NCBI GenBank assembly: GCA_963805625.1
Contig: CAWDVE010000018.1
Span: 64,001-128,000 of the forward strand
Reading direction: 5' to 3'
Length of the DNA: 64,000 nucleotides
Origin: an uncultured Candidatus Rokubacteria bacterium
Lineage (GTDB): Bacteria; Methylomirabilota; Methylomirabilia; Rokubacteriales; DASRDR01
Both the position numbers and the translations under genes were made by a program. Positions within the stretch are counted from its first letter, which is position 1, and each line of letters begins with the position of its first letter. Below the pieces are notes generated by a model, which had not been told where the DNA came from, did not search any database, and saw only the letters and a program-made list of their open reading frames with translations. Shown one piece after another: positions 9,894 through 19,245 of the stretch.

Positions 9894-10087
9894 GCCACTT
9901 CCGCGCCGAATTCGAGAAAATCGCCGCCGAGATCCTCTACGTCGCGCCGCCCGATGTGTACTCCAGCGTGCCGTTCACGCGCATCGTGCGCCCCAAGTGG
10001 CCGCTCGATCCGGATGCCTTCGCCGACCTCGAGGCGGCGGGCCTGCTGCCGGCGAGCGACGAGAGCGCGCGCCCCGGGCCGCGGTGA
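9893..10087 (+). pseudogene. C-terminal remnant of MlrC/M81 metallopeptidase
   Basis: hand translation RHFRAEFEKIAAEILYVAPP...VPFTRIVRPKWPLD...* matches the MlrC C-terminus; no start codon. Confidence 0.7.
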
Positions 10088-10297
10088 CTCACCTCGGTCC
10101 TCCCGGGGCACTCGGCGACGGCCGGTCGTCCGGTCACTTCCGCGCCGGTCAGGGTCGCTCTTCCCTGGCGCCCTGCCGCACTTGGCCGAGCTGGCCTAGG
10201 CGCGAAACGCTGGCGCGGGCGGTCGACTGAGACCGGACGAGGCGCCGGTAGACCGGCCGGCGCGGATCCGCGGCGCGCCAGCGGTCCCCAAGAATGG

Positions 10298-10326
10298 CTC
10301 AGGGGCCTCCCGTCGAGGCCCCTGAG
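10298..10326. terminator. stem-loop downstream of the SBP gene
   Basis: perfect 12-bp stem CTCAGGGGCCTC/GAGGCCCCTGAG with a 5-nt loop; weak U tract. Confidence 0.5.
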
Positions 10327-10354
10327 GGTGTCCCGCCCGCCGCGCGGGCGGCGG

Positions 10355-12034
10355 CTACGCGCTGATCGCGAGCTGGTTAGCGAAGATGTAGCCGGTCGGG
10401 TGCATCCGGAAGCCCTGCACACGCTTGTCCTGGAACGTGAAGAGCGCGCGCCACACCGGCTGGATGATCGGACCGTCGTCCTGCAGGATCGCCTCGAGCT
10501 TCGCCATGAGCTCCCGGCGCTGCCCCACGTCGAGCGTGCCCTCAGCCTGCGCGAGCAGACTGTCGAAGTCCTTGTTGGAGTAGTTCGCCTCGTTCCACGG
10601 CACACCGGTTCGGTAGGCCAGCGCGAGGCTCATGACTCCGAGTGGCCGGTGGGCCCATGTCGTGAAGCCGAAGGGCACCTTCGTCCACACTTCCCAGTAC
10701 TGGGTCGACGGCATGACGTTGATCTTGACCCGAATGCCGGCTTCCTTCCACTGCTCGACCATCGTCTGGACGGCCACAAGCTCCCAGGCAGGCTGGGGGC
10801 GGCACGCCAACTCGACATCGATCCCGTTCGGATGGCCGGCGTCGGCGAGCAGTTTCTTCGCCTTCGTAACGTCCCGCTGGAACGCCGGGAGCTTCGCGTA
10901 CTCCGGGTGGACCGGGCTCACATGGTGGTGCTCACCCGGCTGCCCGAGGCCGCGATGCGAGACCTGGAGGACCGCGTTCGCATCGATCGCGTACCGCATC
11001 GCCTGGCGCACGCGCTTGTCGTCGAACGGCTTGACTGGGTGCATGCGCGCGGTCGCAGTGTACGCCGTGGTGACCTGGTAGAGCTGGAGGTGGGGCAGCT
11101 TCTGGAGCGTCTCGAGCTGGACGATGTCGGCGAGGTACAGCCCGTCCACCTGTTTCCCCGCCAGCGCGCTGACCGCGGCGGCCGGATCGTCCCCGAGGTC
11201 GATGAACTCGAGCGTGTCGAGGTAGGGTCCCCCGCCCCAGTATCCGGGCTTGGCCTTGAAGACCTGCTTCCGCCCGACTTCGTTCTCGACCATGGTGAAG
11301 GCGCCGGTGCCGTTCGAACCCACTTTGAACTCGCCATTCTCGGCGGGATCCAGGATCAGCAGCGGGTAGTGGAAGAGATGCTCGGGGATGGCGAGCTGCG
11401 GGGTCCGACCGTTCAGGCGCACGGTGAAGTCGTCGACCTTCTGGATGGCGTTGGCGTCCCAGAGGCGGGTGGACTTCTTCGCGTTGCCCTTGTCGTCCTT
11501 CTCGCCGGTCTCGTACTCCTCGAGGATGAACCCCTTCATGAGGCCGACCACGGACGACCCCGTCTTGGCGTCGAGGACGCGCTTGAGGTTCCAGACGGCG
11601 TCGTCGGCCGTGAACGCCCGGCCGCTGTGCCACTTGACGTTTCGCCGGAGGCGGAGCGTCCACGTCTTGAGGTCGGGGCTGGCCTCCCACTTCTCGACGA
11701 GACCCGGGCGCGTGATGTTGTCCACCCCCGTGACGGCCAGGTAGTCGCACACCTGCCGCGCCGCGTTCGCCGACTCGATCCAGCTGTAGGTGTGGGGGCT
11801 CTTGAGATCCTGGCACCGCATGCCGAGCCGGAGGGTCCCACCTTTCGGCAGCGTCTGGGCCTCGGCGGCCGGCAGGAGCCGCTCCCCCGTGACCTTGCCC
11901 GCGAACGCGTAGGCCGCCCCCGCGGACATGCCGAGGAGGGTCGCGGTCCTGAGAAACTCGCGGCGGTCAAGCGTGCGCTCCGCGAGCTGCCGCTTGAGCG
12001 TGGGGATGTACGGGTGCTCTCGGCTGTCTGCCAT
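10355..12034 (-). CDS. ABC substrate-binding protein family 5 (DppA/OppA-like), Tat signal
   Basis: DRREFL twin-arginine motif, KGGTLR, VKWHSG..FTADD, NGTGAF, PFDDKRVRQAM. Confidence 0.92.
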   Translation of the reverse strand: MADSREHPYIPTLKRQLAERTLDRREFLRTATLLGMSAGAAYAFAGKVTGERLLPAAEAQTLPKGGTLRLGMRCQDLKSPHTYSWIESANAARQVCDYLAVTGVDNITRPGLVEKWEASPDLKTWTLRLRRNVKWHSGRAFTADDAVWNLKRVLDAKTGSSVVGLMKGFILEEYETGEKDDKGNAKKSTRLWDANAIQKVDDFTVRLNGRTPQLAIPEHLFHYPLLILDPAENGEFKVGSNGTGAFTMVENEVGRKQVFKAKPGYWGGGPYLDTLEFIDLGDDPAAAVSALAGKQVDGLYLADIVQLETLQKLPHLQLYQVTTAYTATARMHPVKPFDDKRVRQAMRYAIDANAVLQVSHRGLGQPGEHHHVSPVHPEYAKLPAFQRDVTKAKKLLADAGHPNGIDVELACRPQPAWELVAVQTMVEQWKEAGIRVKINVMPSTQYWEVWTKVPFGFTTWAHRPLGVMSLALAYRTGVPWNEANYSNKDFDSLLAQAEGTLDVGQRRELMAKLEAILQDDGPIIQPVWRALFTFQDKRVQGFRMHPTGYIFANQLAISA

Positions 12035-12201
12035 CGTCGGATCCTCCCTGGTGCGGTCTGGTGCGGAAGGTCAGGGCATGGGGACAGGAAAGTTGCGCGC
12101 CCGCCCATGCGGCGACCTGAGCGCTCCCATCTCAGCGCGTCGGGTCGAGCTTGTCAAGGCAGCCGTGGCATGATACACGGACGGGCCATAGGGAGGTCGA
12201 C

Positions 12202-13767
12202 ATGACACACGAGCGAGTCTCTCGCCGAGCGTTCCTGGCCGGGACCACCGCCGCCGGGCTCACCCTGGCCGCGACGCGCGGGCGGCCGGCCGAGGCGGCC
12301 GATCCGAAGGTCCTCAAGGTCCGGTCGTACTATCAGCTCGAGATCCTGGACCCAGCGTTCCAGATTTCCGCGTCCGACGGGGACATCATCGACACGATCC
12401 TCCTGGGGCTGGTGGGCACGAAGCCCGGTGAGACCTGGGGCTGGGAGCGGGACGCCGCGCTGTCGATCGAGCAGGTCGACCCGACCCACATCAAGTTCCA
12501 GCTCCGCCCCGGCCTCGGCTGGACCGGGGGGTTCGGCGAGGTCACCGCCGAGGACGTCAAGTTCTCCTACGAGCGGATCGCCAACCCCGCCATGAAGTCT
12601 CCCTACCGCGGGGACTGGGCGAAGCTCGACCAGGTGCAGGTCACGGGGACCCAAAGCGGGGTCATCACGCTCAAGGAGCCATTCATCCCGCTCTGGACGA
12701 CAACCTTGCCGACGGCCTCCTCGGCGATCGTGTGCAAGAAAGCCGTCGAGCGCATGGACGGCCAGCGCTTCACGATGGACCCGGGTGCGGTCTGCGGGCC
12801 CTACCGAATCCGGAAGTGGGAGCCTCGCCAGTCGATCACGCTCGAGCGCAACCCCCAGTGGACCGGCCCCCCGCCCGCCTTCGACGAGATCCAGGCGATC
12901 GGCATCGTCGACGCCAACGCGGCGGAGATCGCCTACGAGGCCGGCCAGATCGACGTGACCCAGGTGCCTATGACCTCGGTGCCGCGCCTGCGGGGTAAGA
13001 TACCCGCCAACTCGTCGCTCGTCGCCCGCCCGGGACTCACCTACTGGTGGCTCGGCATGCAGAGCGAGTCCGGAATCTTCTCGGACATCCGGGTGCGCAA
13101 GGCGGTCCAGCTGGCGGTCGATGTCCAGGCGGTCCTGGACGGCGCCTTCTTCGGCGTGGCAACGCGGTCCACCGGCATCATCGCGCCCGGCCTGGTCGGT
13201 CACCGGGAGAAGAACCTCGTGGCCGGACCGGATCTCGAGGGCGCGCGAAAGCTGCTGGCCGAGGCTGGCCACTCCCGGGGCTTCAAGACCGAGATCGGCG
13301 CCCGCAACACGCCAGAGTTCATCAACGCGGCGCAGGTGATCGCCGCTAGCCTGGCCAAGGTCGGGATCCAGGCGGAGGTGGTGCCGTTCGACACCGGGGT
13401 GCAGAAGGCAATGGCCTCCGACAAGGCCGGCGGTTGGAAGAAGATGCAGATGCACATTCAGCGCTTCTCGATGCGACCGGACCCGAGCTGGGCGACGGTC
13501 TGGTTCACCTCGGCGCAGATCGGCGAATGGAACTTCGAGCGCATCAGCAACCCGGAGTTCGACCAGCTCCACGAGAAGGCGCTCGCCGAGGTGGATCCCG
13601 CCAAGCGGAATGCCATGTACGTCCGGATGCAGGACCTCATGGAGCAGTCGGGGGCCTACGTATTCCTGACCCACGGGATCAATGCGCTTCTCTACCGGAA
13701 CCACCTCAAGCCGTCCTTCACGCCCGACGGGAACCGGATGGTGCTCCGCAAGTTCCAGCTCGCCTGA
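12202..13767 (+). CDS. ABC substrate-binding protein family 5, Tat signal
   Basis: GGAGG RBS; SRRAFL; TAEDVKFSYERI; FSDIRVRKAV. Confidence 0.92.
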   Translation: MTHERVSRRAFLAGTTAAGLTLAATRGRPAEAADPKVLKVRSYYQLEILDPAFQISASDGDIIDTILLGLVGTKPGETWGWERDAALSIEQVDPTHIKFQLRPGLGWTGGFGEVTAEDVKFSYERIANPAMKSPYRGDWAKLDQVQVTGTQSGVITLKEPFIPLWTTTLPTASSAIVCKKAVERMDGQRFTMDPGAVCGPYRIRKWEPRQSITLERNPQWTGPPPAFDEIQAIGIVDANAAEIAYEAGQIDVTQVPMTSVPRLRGKIPANSSLVARPGLTYWWLGMQSESGIFSDIRVRKAVQLAVDVQAVLDGAFFGVATRSTGIIAPGLVGHREKNLVAGPDLEGARKLLAEAGHSRGFKTEIGARNTPEFINAAQVIAASLAKVGIQAEVVPFDTGVQKAMASDKAGGWKKMQMHIQRFSMRPDPSWATVWFTSAQIGEWNFERISNPEFDQLHEKALAEVDPAKRNAMYVRMQDLMEQSGAYVFLTHGINALLYRNHLKPSFTPDGNRMVLRKFQLA

Positions 13768-13774
13768 CGGGGCG

Positions 13775-14638
13775 ATGCCGGCAGGCCCCCCGCCGCCCCG
13801 GGCTGGTCCGGCATTCCGCCGGCTCCTGCGGGATCCCCTCGGCGCCCTGGGTGTGGCGCTGGTCGCGCTCGTCGTCGCCGGTGCCGTGCTGGCCGGAGCG
13901 CTGAGCGGGGCGGACCCGACGGCGCTCGACCTGCCGGCCCGACAGCTAGGGCCGAGCTGGGCGCACCCCCTCGGGACCGACCATCTCGGGCGCGACCTCT
14001 TCGCGCGCGTGCTCCACGGCGGGCAGGTCGCCCTCGAGGTCTCGGGCGTCTCGGTGGGGTTGTCGCTCGCGGTCGGTCTTGTCCTCGGTATGCTCGCCGG
14101 CTACGGCCCACCCTGGCTCGACAACACGCTGGTGCTGGCCTTCGACGCGGTGCGCTCGTTCCCGACCATCATGTTCGCCCTGGCGCTCGTCACGCTGCTC
14201 GGGCCGAGCATCTTCACGATCGTGGTGATCGTCGTGATCACGTCCTTCCCGGTCTACGGCCGGGTCGTCCGAACCCAGACCCAGTCGCTCAAGACCCACG
14301 AGTTCGTCCTCGCCGAGCGGGCCCTGGGGGCGCGCCTCGGCCGGGTGCTTGGGCGGCACATCCTTCCGAACGTGGTGGGCCCCGTGCTCATCCTGGCCAG
14401 CATGGAGATCCCGGTCGTGGTCACGATCGAGGCTGGCCTCTCGTTCCTGGGGGTGGGGATCCGGCCGCCGACGCCGAGCTGGGGCTCGATCCTGAACGAC
14501 GGCTACACGTTCATTCGCGACACGCCATGGCCCGTCCTCGCCGCGGGGCTGCCGCTCGTGGTAACGACGCTCGGATTCACGTTCCTGGGCGAGGCCTTGC
14601 GCGACCTCTTCGACCCCACCCTCCGCCACGAGCGCTGA
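13775..14638 (+). CDS. Dpp/Opp ABC permease (DppC-like)
   Basis: HPLGTDHLGRD, EFVLAERALGA, LSFLGVGIRPPTPSWG. Confidence 0.92.
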   Translation: MPAGPPPPRAGPAFRRLLRDPLGALGVALVALVVAGAVLAGALSGADPTALDLPARQLGPSWAHPLGTDHLGRDLFARVLHGGQVALEVSGVSVGLSLAVGLVLGMLAGYGPPWLDNTLVLAFDAVRSFPTIMFALALVTLLGPSIFTIVVIVVITSFPVYGRVVRTQTQSLKTHEFVLAERALGARLGRVLGRHILPNVVGPVLILASMEIPVVVTIEAGLSFLGVGIRPPTPSWGSILNDGYTFIRDTPWPVLAAGLPLVVTTLGFTFLGEALRDLFDPTLRHER

Positions 14639-14670
14639 ACGGCGCTCGGTCCCGCGCCGGCGGGCGCCGA

Positions 14671-14757
14671 TCACGCCTCGTACTTGAAGGACACCTGCAC
14701 GTGGGCTCGACGGGCGACGATCTTCACGCTGTCGATCTGCACGTCGAGCTTCTAGAC
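14671..14757 (-). pseudogene. decayed dodecin gene 3' remnant
   Basis: V*KLDVQIDSVKIVARRAHVQVSFKYEA* versus the intact copy VQKLDVKIDNGRIVAYRARVQVSFKYEG* at 23660; in-frame TAG. Confidence 0.85.
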
Positions 14758-14778
14758 TGTGAGTGTTCGCGCGCGGGC

Positions 14779-15723
14779 TCAGAGTCGCTCGCGGAGGCGC
14801 GGGTCGAGGACCGCCACCGTGAGGTCCGCCGCGAGGGTCGAAAGGACAAATAGCGCGGTGGTGACCAGGACGGTCCCCATGACCACCGGGTAGTTCCGGC
14901 TGATCACGCCATCGTAGACCAGCCGCCCGAGACCCGGACGCGCGAAGACGATCTCCGCGAACACCGCGCCCGAGAGCAGCCGCCCGATCCCGACCCCCAG
15001 CAGCGCGACCGTCGGCAGGATCGCGAGGCGCAGTGCGTAGCGATACACGATGCGACGCTCCGGGAGTCCCAACGCACGCGCCGCCCGGATGTGGTTCTCC
15101 CCCAGGACTTCGATCATCGACGCTCGGACCAGCCGAGCGAGGAAGCCCACCCAGCCGAGCCCGATCGCCAGCGAAGGCAGCACGAGATGCCAGAGCTGGT
15201 CGGCAACGTCTCCGGAGCGGCCCGCGCCGATTGCCGGGAACCACTTGAGCCACACGGCGAAGACGAGCAGCGAGTAGATCGCCACGATGAATGACGGGAG
15301 GGCGATCGCGCTGACTGACAGGACGCCTGTGGCGCGGTCGACCCAGCTCCCGCGATGCGCGGCCGAGAAGCACCCGAGCGGAATCCCGACCAGCAGGGCC
15401 CAGCCGATCCCCAGGGTCGTAAGGGCCGCGGTGGACGGGAGCGCCCGCCACACCAGGCTCGCCACGCTCTGCCGCGACCAGATGTCCGTGCCGAGGTCCC
15501 CACGGAGGACGCTCCCCACAAACCGGGCGAACTGCACGGGCAGCGGCCGGTCAAGGCCCATGCGCACGCGGAACTCTTCCCGCATCTCCGGCGTCGCCCG
15601 GGGCCCGAGCGCCACGCTCGCCGGATCGCCTGGCACGAGGTGGACGGCGGAGAACAGGATCGCCATGGCGACGCCCACGATGACGATCGCCAGGGCCAGG
15701 CGGCGAGCCAGGTAGCGTGTCAC
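14779..15723 (-). CDS. Dpp/Opp ABC permease (DppB-like)
   Basis: GAGGTG RBS before GTG; VPGDPA, GLDRPL, GDLG, HIRAARALG, EIVFARPGLG. Confidence 0.92.
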   Translation of the reverse strand: MTRYLARRLALAIVIVGVAMAILFSAVHLVPGDPASVALGPRATPEMREEFRVRMGLDRPLPVQFARFVGSVLRGDLGTDIWSRQSVASLVWRALPSTAALTTLGIGWALLVGIPLGCFSAAHRGSWVDRATGVLSVSAIALPSFIVAIYSLLVFAVWLKWFPAIGAGRSGDVADQLWHLVLPSLAIGLGWVGFLARLVRASMIEVLGENHIRAARALGLPERRIVYRYALRLAILPTVALLGVGIGRLLSGAVFAEIVFARPGLGRLVYDGVISRNYPVVMGTVLVTTALFVLSTLAADLTVAVLDPRLRERL

Positions 15724-15770
15724 GATGGCACCTCGCGCGACCACGACGATACGCCGGCTACCCGAGTCCC

Positions 15771-15839
15771 GACAAGCCGGTATAATGCGGCGGCGTGACC
15801 ATCGTGGCCACGTCCCCGTGGGCGATCCAGCCGGTTGAC
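15771..15839 (+). repeat. decayed duplicate of the cocE promoter and 5' end found at 24019-24088
   Basis: identical GACAAGCCGGTATAAT, then GTG ACC ATC GTG GC..; VTIVATSPWAIQPVD versus VTIVATFPRAIQRLD. Confidence 0.85.
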
Positions 15840-16016
15840 TCGCGGGGCTCGGCCGCAACTGCCCGACCGCCGTTTGGTGGATCGCCACCCCAGGGACTGG
15901 CCATCCTACTCGGCACGCTCGACATCGCACTCCTCGGCGATCGCTTTCGCCGCGGCTGATGGTCGCGCCGCGAGAAACGGGGCCCAACTAGACCCGCTGA
16001 GAGAACAGAGGTCGAA

Positions 16017-17003
16017 ATGCCTACACGGAGCGTGACAGACAGGCTGCGGGCCGGCGAGGTGCTGCTCATGGACGGGGGCACCGGCTCGGAGCTACAGCGT
16101 CGAGGCGTCGAGGTCCTCTTGGGCTCGCGCGGTGACAAGCTCGGGCCCTGGTCCGCGACCGCCAACCTGGACGCGCCGGACGTGGTCCAGCAGGTCCACC
16201 AGGACTACCTACGGGTCGGGGCCGACATCATCATCAGCAACAACTTCCGGACCACCCGCACCCGGCTGGCTCCCGTGGGGCTCGGTGAGCGCTGGAAGGA
16301 CTACGCCGAGGCCGGGGGACGCCTCGCCGTGCGGGCGCGAAACGCCATCAATCCCGAGGCCTACGTGGCGGGCGGGATGGCGGCCCCCGGGCTGGGCATG
16401 CTGAACGACCGCGCCGAGACCGATGTCGCGATCATGGGCGAGCAGGAATATCGCCGGGAGTTCGCCGAGCACTCGAAGGTCCTCGCGGCGACCGGTGTGG
16501 ACGTGATGTTGCCAGAGTTCGTCAACTACATCGCGGACTGCGTGGCGGCGGTGGATGCCTGTGTCGAGGCGGGCCGCCCCGTGTGGCTGGGCGTCCCCAT
16601 GGTCACGACCGACGGCATCACGCGGAACGGCGAGACCATGGAGGATCTGGCGAGGGCGCTGCGGGGGCATCCCGTCGAGGCCATCCTGCTCATGTGCAGC
16701 CGTCCGGAGGGCGTCAGCGCCACCCTGCCTCGCCTGCGTCAGGCCTTCGACGGGGCGATCGGCGCCTACCCCAACGTCGGCTACAACCCGATGGCCCCCG
16801 TCGGCGGTCGCGTGCACCTCGGCCCGGACATCATTTCGGCTCAGGCCCACAGCCCGTCGCGGCTGGCGGAGCTCGCCCAGGAGTGGATCGAGATGGGCGC
16901 CCAGATCGTCGGGGGCTGCTGCGCCACCGGCCCCGAGCACATCATGGCCATGAAGGTCGTGGTCGACGGCGTCCGGCGTTCGAAGCGCGAGCCTGTCGGC
17001 TGA
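16017..17003 (+). CDS. homocysteine S-methyltransferase family protein
   Basis: LMDGGTGSEL, WSA, HQDYLRVGADII, LMCS, GAYPN, IVGGCC Zn ligands. Confidence 0.9.
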   Translation: MPTRSVTDRLRAGEVLLMDGGTGSELQRRGVEVLLGSRGDKLGPWSATANLDAPDVVQQVHQDYLRVGADIIISNNFRTTRTRLAPVGLGERWKDYAEAGGRLAVRARNAINPEAYVAGGMAAPGLGMLNDRAETDVAIMGEQEYRREFAEHSKVLAATGVDVMLPEFVNYIADCVAAVDACVEAGRPVWLGVPMVTTDGITRNGETMEDLARALRGHPVEAILLMCSRPEGVSATLPRLRQAFDGAIGAYPNVGYNPMAPVGGRVHLGPDIISAQAHSPSRLAELAQEWIEMGAQIVGGCCATGPEHIMAMKVVVDGVRRSKREPVG

Positions 17004-17014
17004 CGATCCCGGCC

Positions 17015-19042
17015 ATGCGAATCGTCGAGACGCTGCCCCACCGGGTTCGTGAGATCGAGAACGTCTGGATCCCTGCCGGACGCACGGGCCACCGCATGGC
17101 GGCGCGCCTGTGGCTCCCGGAGGGCGCGGAGGATCGCCCGGTGCCGGCGATCCTCACCTACCTGCCGTACCGCAAGCGGGATTCGACCCGCGCGGGCGAC
17201 GATCCGATGCACCGCTACTTCTCCGGGCATGGGTACGCGTGCCTCCGCGTCGACATGCGCGGCTCCGGCGACTCCGACGGGCTGATGGACGACGAGTACG
17301 CGGCGCAGGAGCTCGGCGACGGCAAGAATCTGATCGCGTGGATCGCGGCCCAATCCTGGTGCACCGGCAAGGTCGGCATGATCGGCAGCTCCTGGGGTGG
17401 GTTCAACGCCCTCCAGATCGCGGCCCTCCGCCCCCCCGCACTCGCGGCGATCATCACCAACTGCTCGACCGACGACCGGTACACCGACGACATGCACTAC
17501 ATGGGCGGATGTCTGCTCAACGACACCCTCGACTGGGGCTCGTCCTTCTTCGCCCGCCTGCACCGGCCACCGGATCCGGAGATCTCGGGCCCCGACTGGC
17601 GCCGGAAGTGGCAGGAGCGGCTGGATCAGCTCGCCTTGCCGCTCGCCGTGTGGCTCCGGCACCAGCGGCGCGACCGGTACTGGAAGCACGGCTCGGTCAA
17701 CGAGGACTACGCGGCGATCCAGTGCCCGGTCTTCGCCACCGGCGGGTGGATGGACGGCTACTCGAACGCCATCCCCCGGCTCCTCGCGCACCTCCGGGTG
17801 CCGCGGCTCGGGCTCATCGGCGCGTGGGGTCACAAGTACGGCCACCAGGCCGTCCCGGGACCGGCGATCGGCTACCTGCAGGAGTGCCTTCGCTGGTTCG
17901 ACCATTGGCTCCGGGGCCGGGACACCGGGATCATGCGCGAGCCGATGCTGCGTGCGTTCATGCAGGAGGAGGTGCCGCCCACCGGCGACTATCCGGTCTG
18001 CCCCGGCCGCTGGGTCGCCGAGCCGGTGTGGCCGTCGCCCGCGATACGGCACCAACGGCTTCATCTGAACGCGGGCGGCGCGCTCCGCGCCCGGGCGGGC
18101 CGCGCCGTGACGCTCACCCACCGGTCGGAGCAGACGATCGGCGTCGGCGGCGGCGAGTGGTGTCCTCACGGCGTCGGCGGCTACGGGCCGCAGTGCCCGA
18201 CCGACCAGCGGGAGGACGACGTGCGGAGCCTCGTGTTCGAGACGGAGCCGCTGCGCCGGCCGCTCGAGATCCTGGGTCAGCCAGCGGTTACGCTGGCGCT
18301 CACCGTGGACAAGCCGGTGGCGTTCGTCGCGGTCCGGCTCAACGACGTCTTTCCGGACGGCCACGTGTCACGGGTGACCTTCGGCGTCCTCAACCTCACC
18401 CACCGGGACTCCCACGAGTTCCCGGCGCCCGTGCCGGTGGGGAAACGGCTCCGCGTCCGGGTGCCGCTCAACGACATCGCCTACTCCTTCAAGACCGGGC
18501 ACCGGGTGCGTGTGGCGATCTCGACGACCTACTGGCCGATGGTGTGGCCTGCGCCGGAGCCGGTGACGCTTCGCCTCGCGACTGGTGCGAGCGTGCTCGA
18601 GCTGCCGGTCCGCGCGCGGCGCCCCATCGACGCGAAGGTCCGGTTCGCGCCGCCGGAGCAGGGGCCGCCGATGACCAAAGTCGTGGTCGAGCCGCCCACC
18701 TCGGTCCGCGTCATCGAGCGGGACGTGGTCACAGGAACCGTCACCGTCCGGGCCGAGGAGAACGAAGGGCGGGCCGTCATCATCGACACCGGCGTCGAGA
18801 TCGGCCGCTGGGTCCAGGAGCGCTTGACCGTCACCGAGGGCGATCCCCTGAGCGCCGAGACCGCGATGGGCAGCATCTTCACCTACGCGAAGGGCGACTG
18901 GCGGACCAAGGTGTCCGGCCGCTGCACGCTCCGCGCGACGCGGACCCACTGGCTGCTCTCGGCCGACCTCGACGCCTGGGAGGGCGACGAGAAGATCTTC
19001 AGCCGCCACCTGGAGGTGCCGATCCGGCGCGACCTGATGTGA
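17015..19042 (+). CDS. CocE/NonD family hydrolase (peptidase S15-like)
   Basis: YLPYRKRD, VDMRGSGDSDG, GMIGSSWGG nucleophile elbow, PepX_C-like C-terminal domain. Confidence 0.93.
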   Translation: MRIVETLPHRVREIENVWIPAGRTGHRMAARLWLPEGAEDRPVPAILTYLPYRKRDSTRAGDDPMHRYFSGHGYACLRVDMRGSGDSDGLMDDEYAAQELGDGKNLIAWIAAQSWCTGKVGMIGSSWGGFNALQIAALRPPALAAIITNCSTDDRYTDDMHYMGGCLLNDTLDWGSSFFARLHRPPDPEISGPDWRRKWQERLDQLALPLAVWLRHQRRDRYWKHGSVNEDYAAIQCPVFATGGWMDGYSNAIPRLLAHLRVPRLGLIGAWGHKYGHQAVPGPAIGYLQECLRWFDHWLRGRDTGIMREPMLRAFMQEEVPPTGDYPVCPGRWVAEPVWPSPAIRHQRLHLNAGGALRARAGRAVTLTHRSEQTIGVGGGEWCPHGVGGYGPQCPTDQREDDVRSLVFETEPLRRPLEILGQPAVTLALTVDKPVAFVAVRLNDVFPDGHVSRVTFGVLNLTHRDSHEFPAPVPVGKRLRVRVPLNDIAYSFKTGHRVRVAISTTYWPMVWPAPEPVTLRLATGASVLELPVRARRPIDAKVRFAPPEQGPPMTKVVVEPPTSVRVIERDVVTGTVTVRAEENEGRAVIIDTGVEIGRWVQERLTVTEGDPLSAETAMGSIFTYAKGDWRTKVSGRCTLRATRTHWLLSADLDAWEGDEKIFSRHLEVPIRRDLM

Positions 19043-19245
19043 TGGCCCGGCCGCCGGGGAAGCCCGCTCCCGAGGTGGAGCGTCTCGCCTCGGCCGACGG
19101 AATCCGGGCGTCGGGCGGTCGACGGAACGAAAGGACGGGAACGCGCGACGCGCGGTGACGCGGGGCCGGCGATCCGCGTCCGATCGCGAGGCGGGCGTGA
19201 GGGCTCGGGGGGCAGAGCTCGGAAGGGCCGGGCCCTCCGGCCGGG

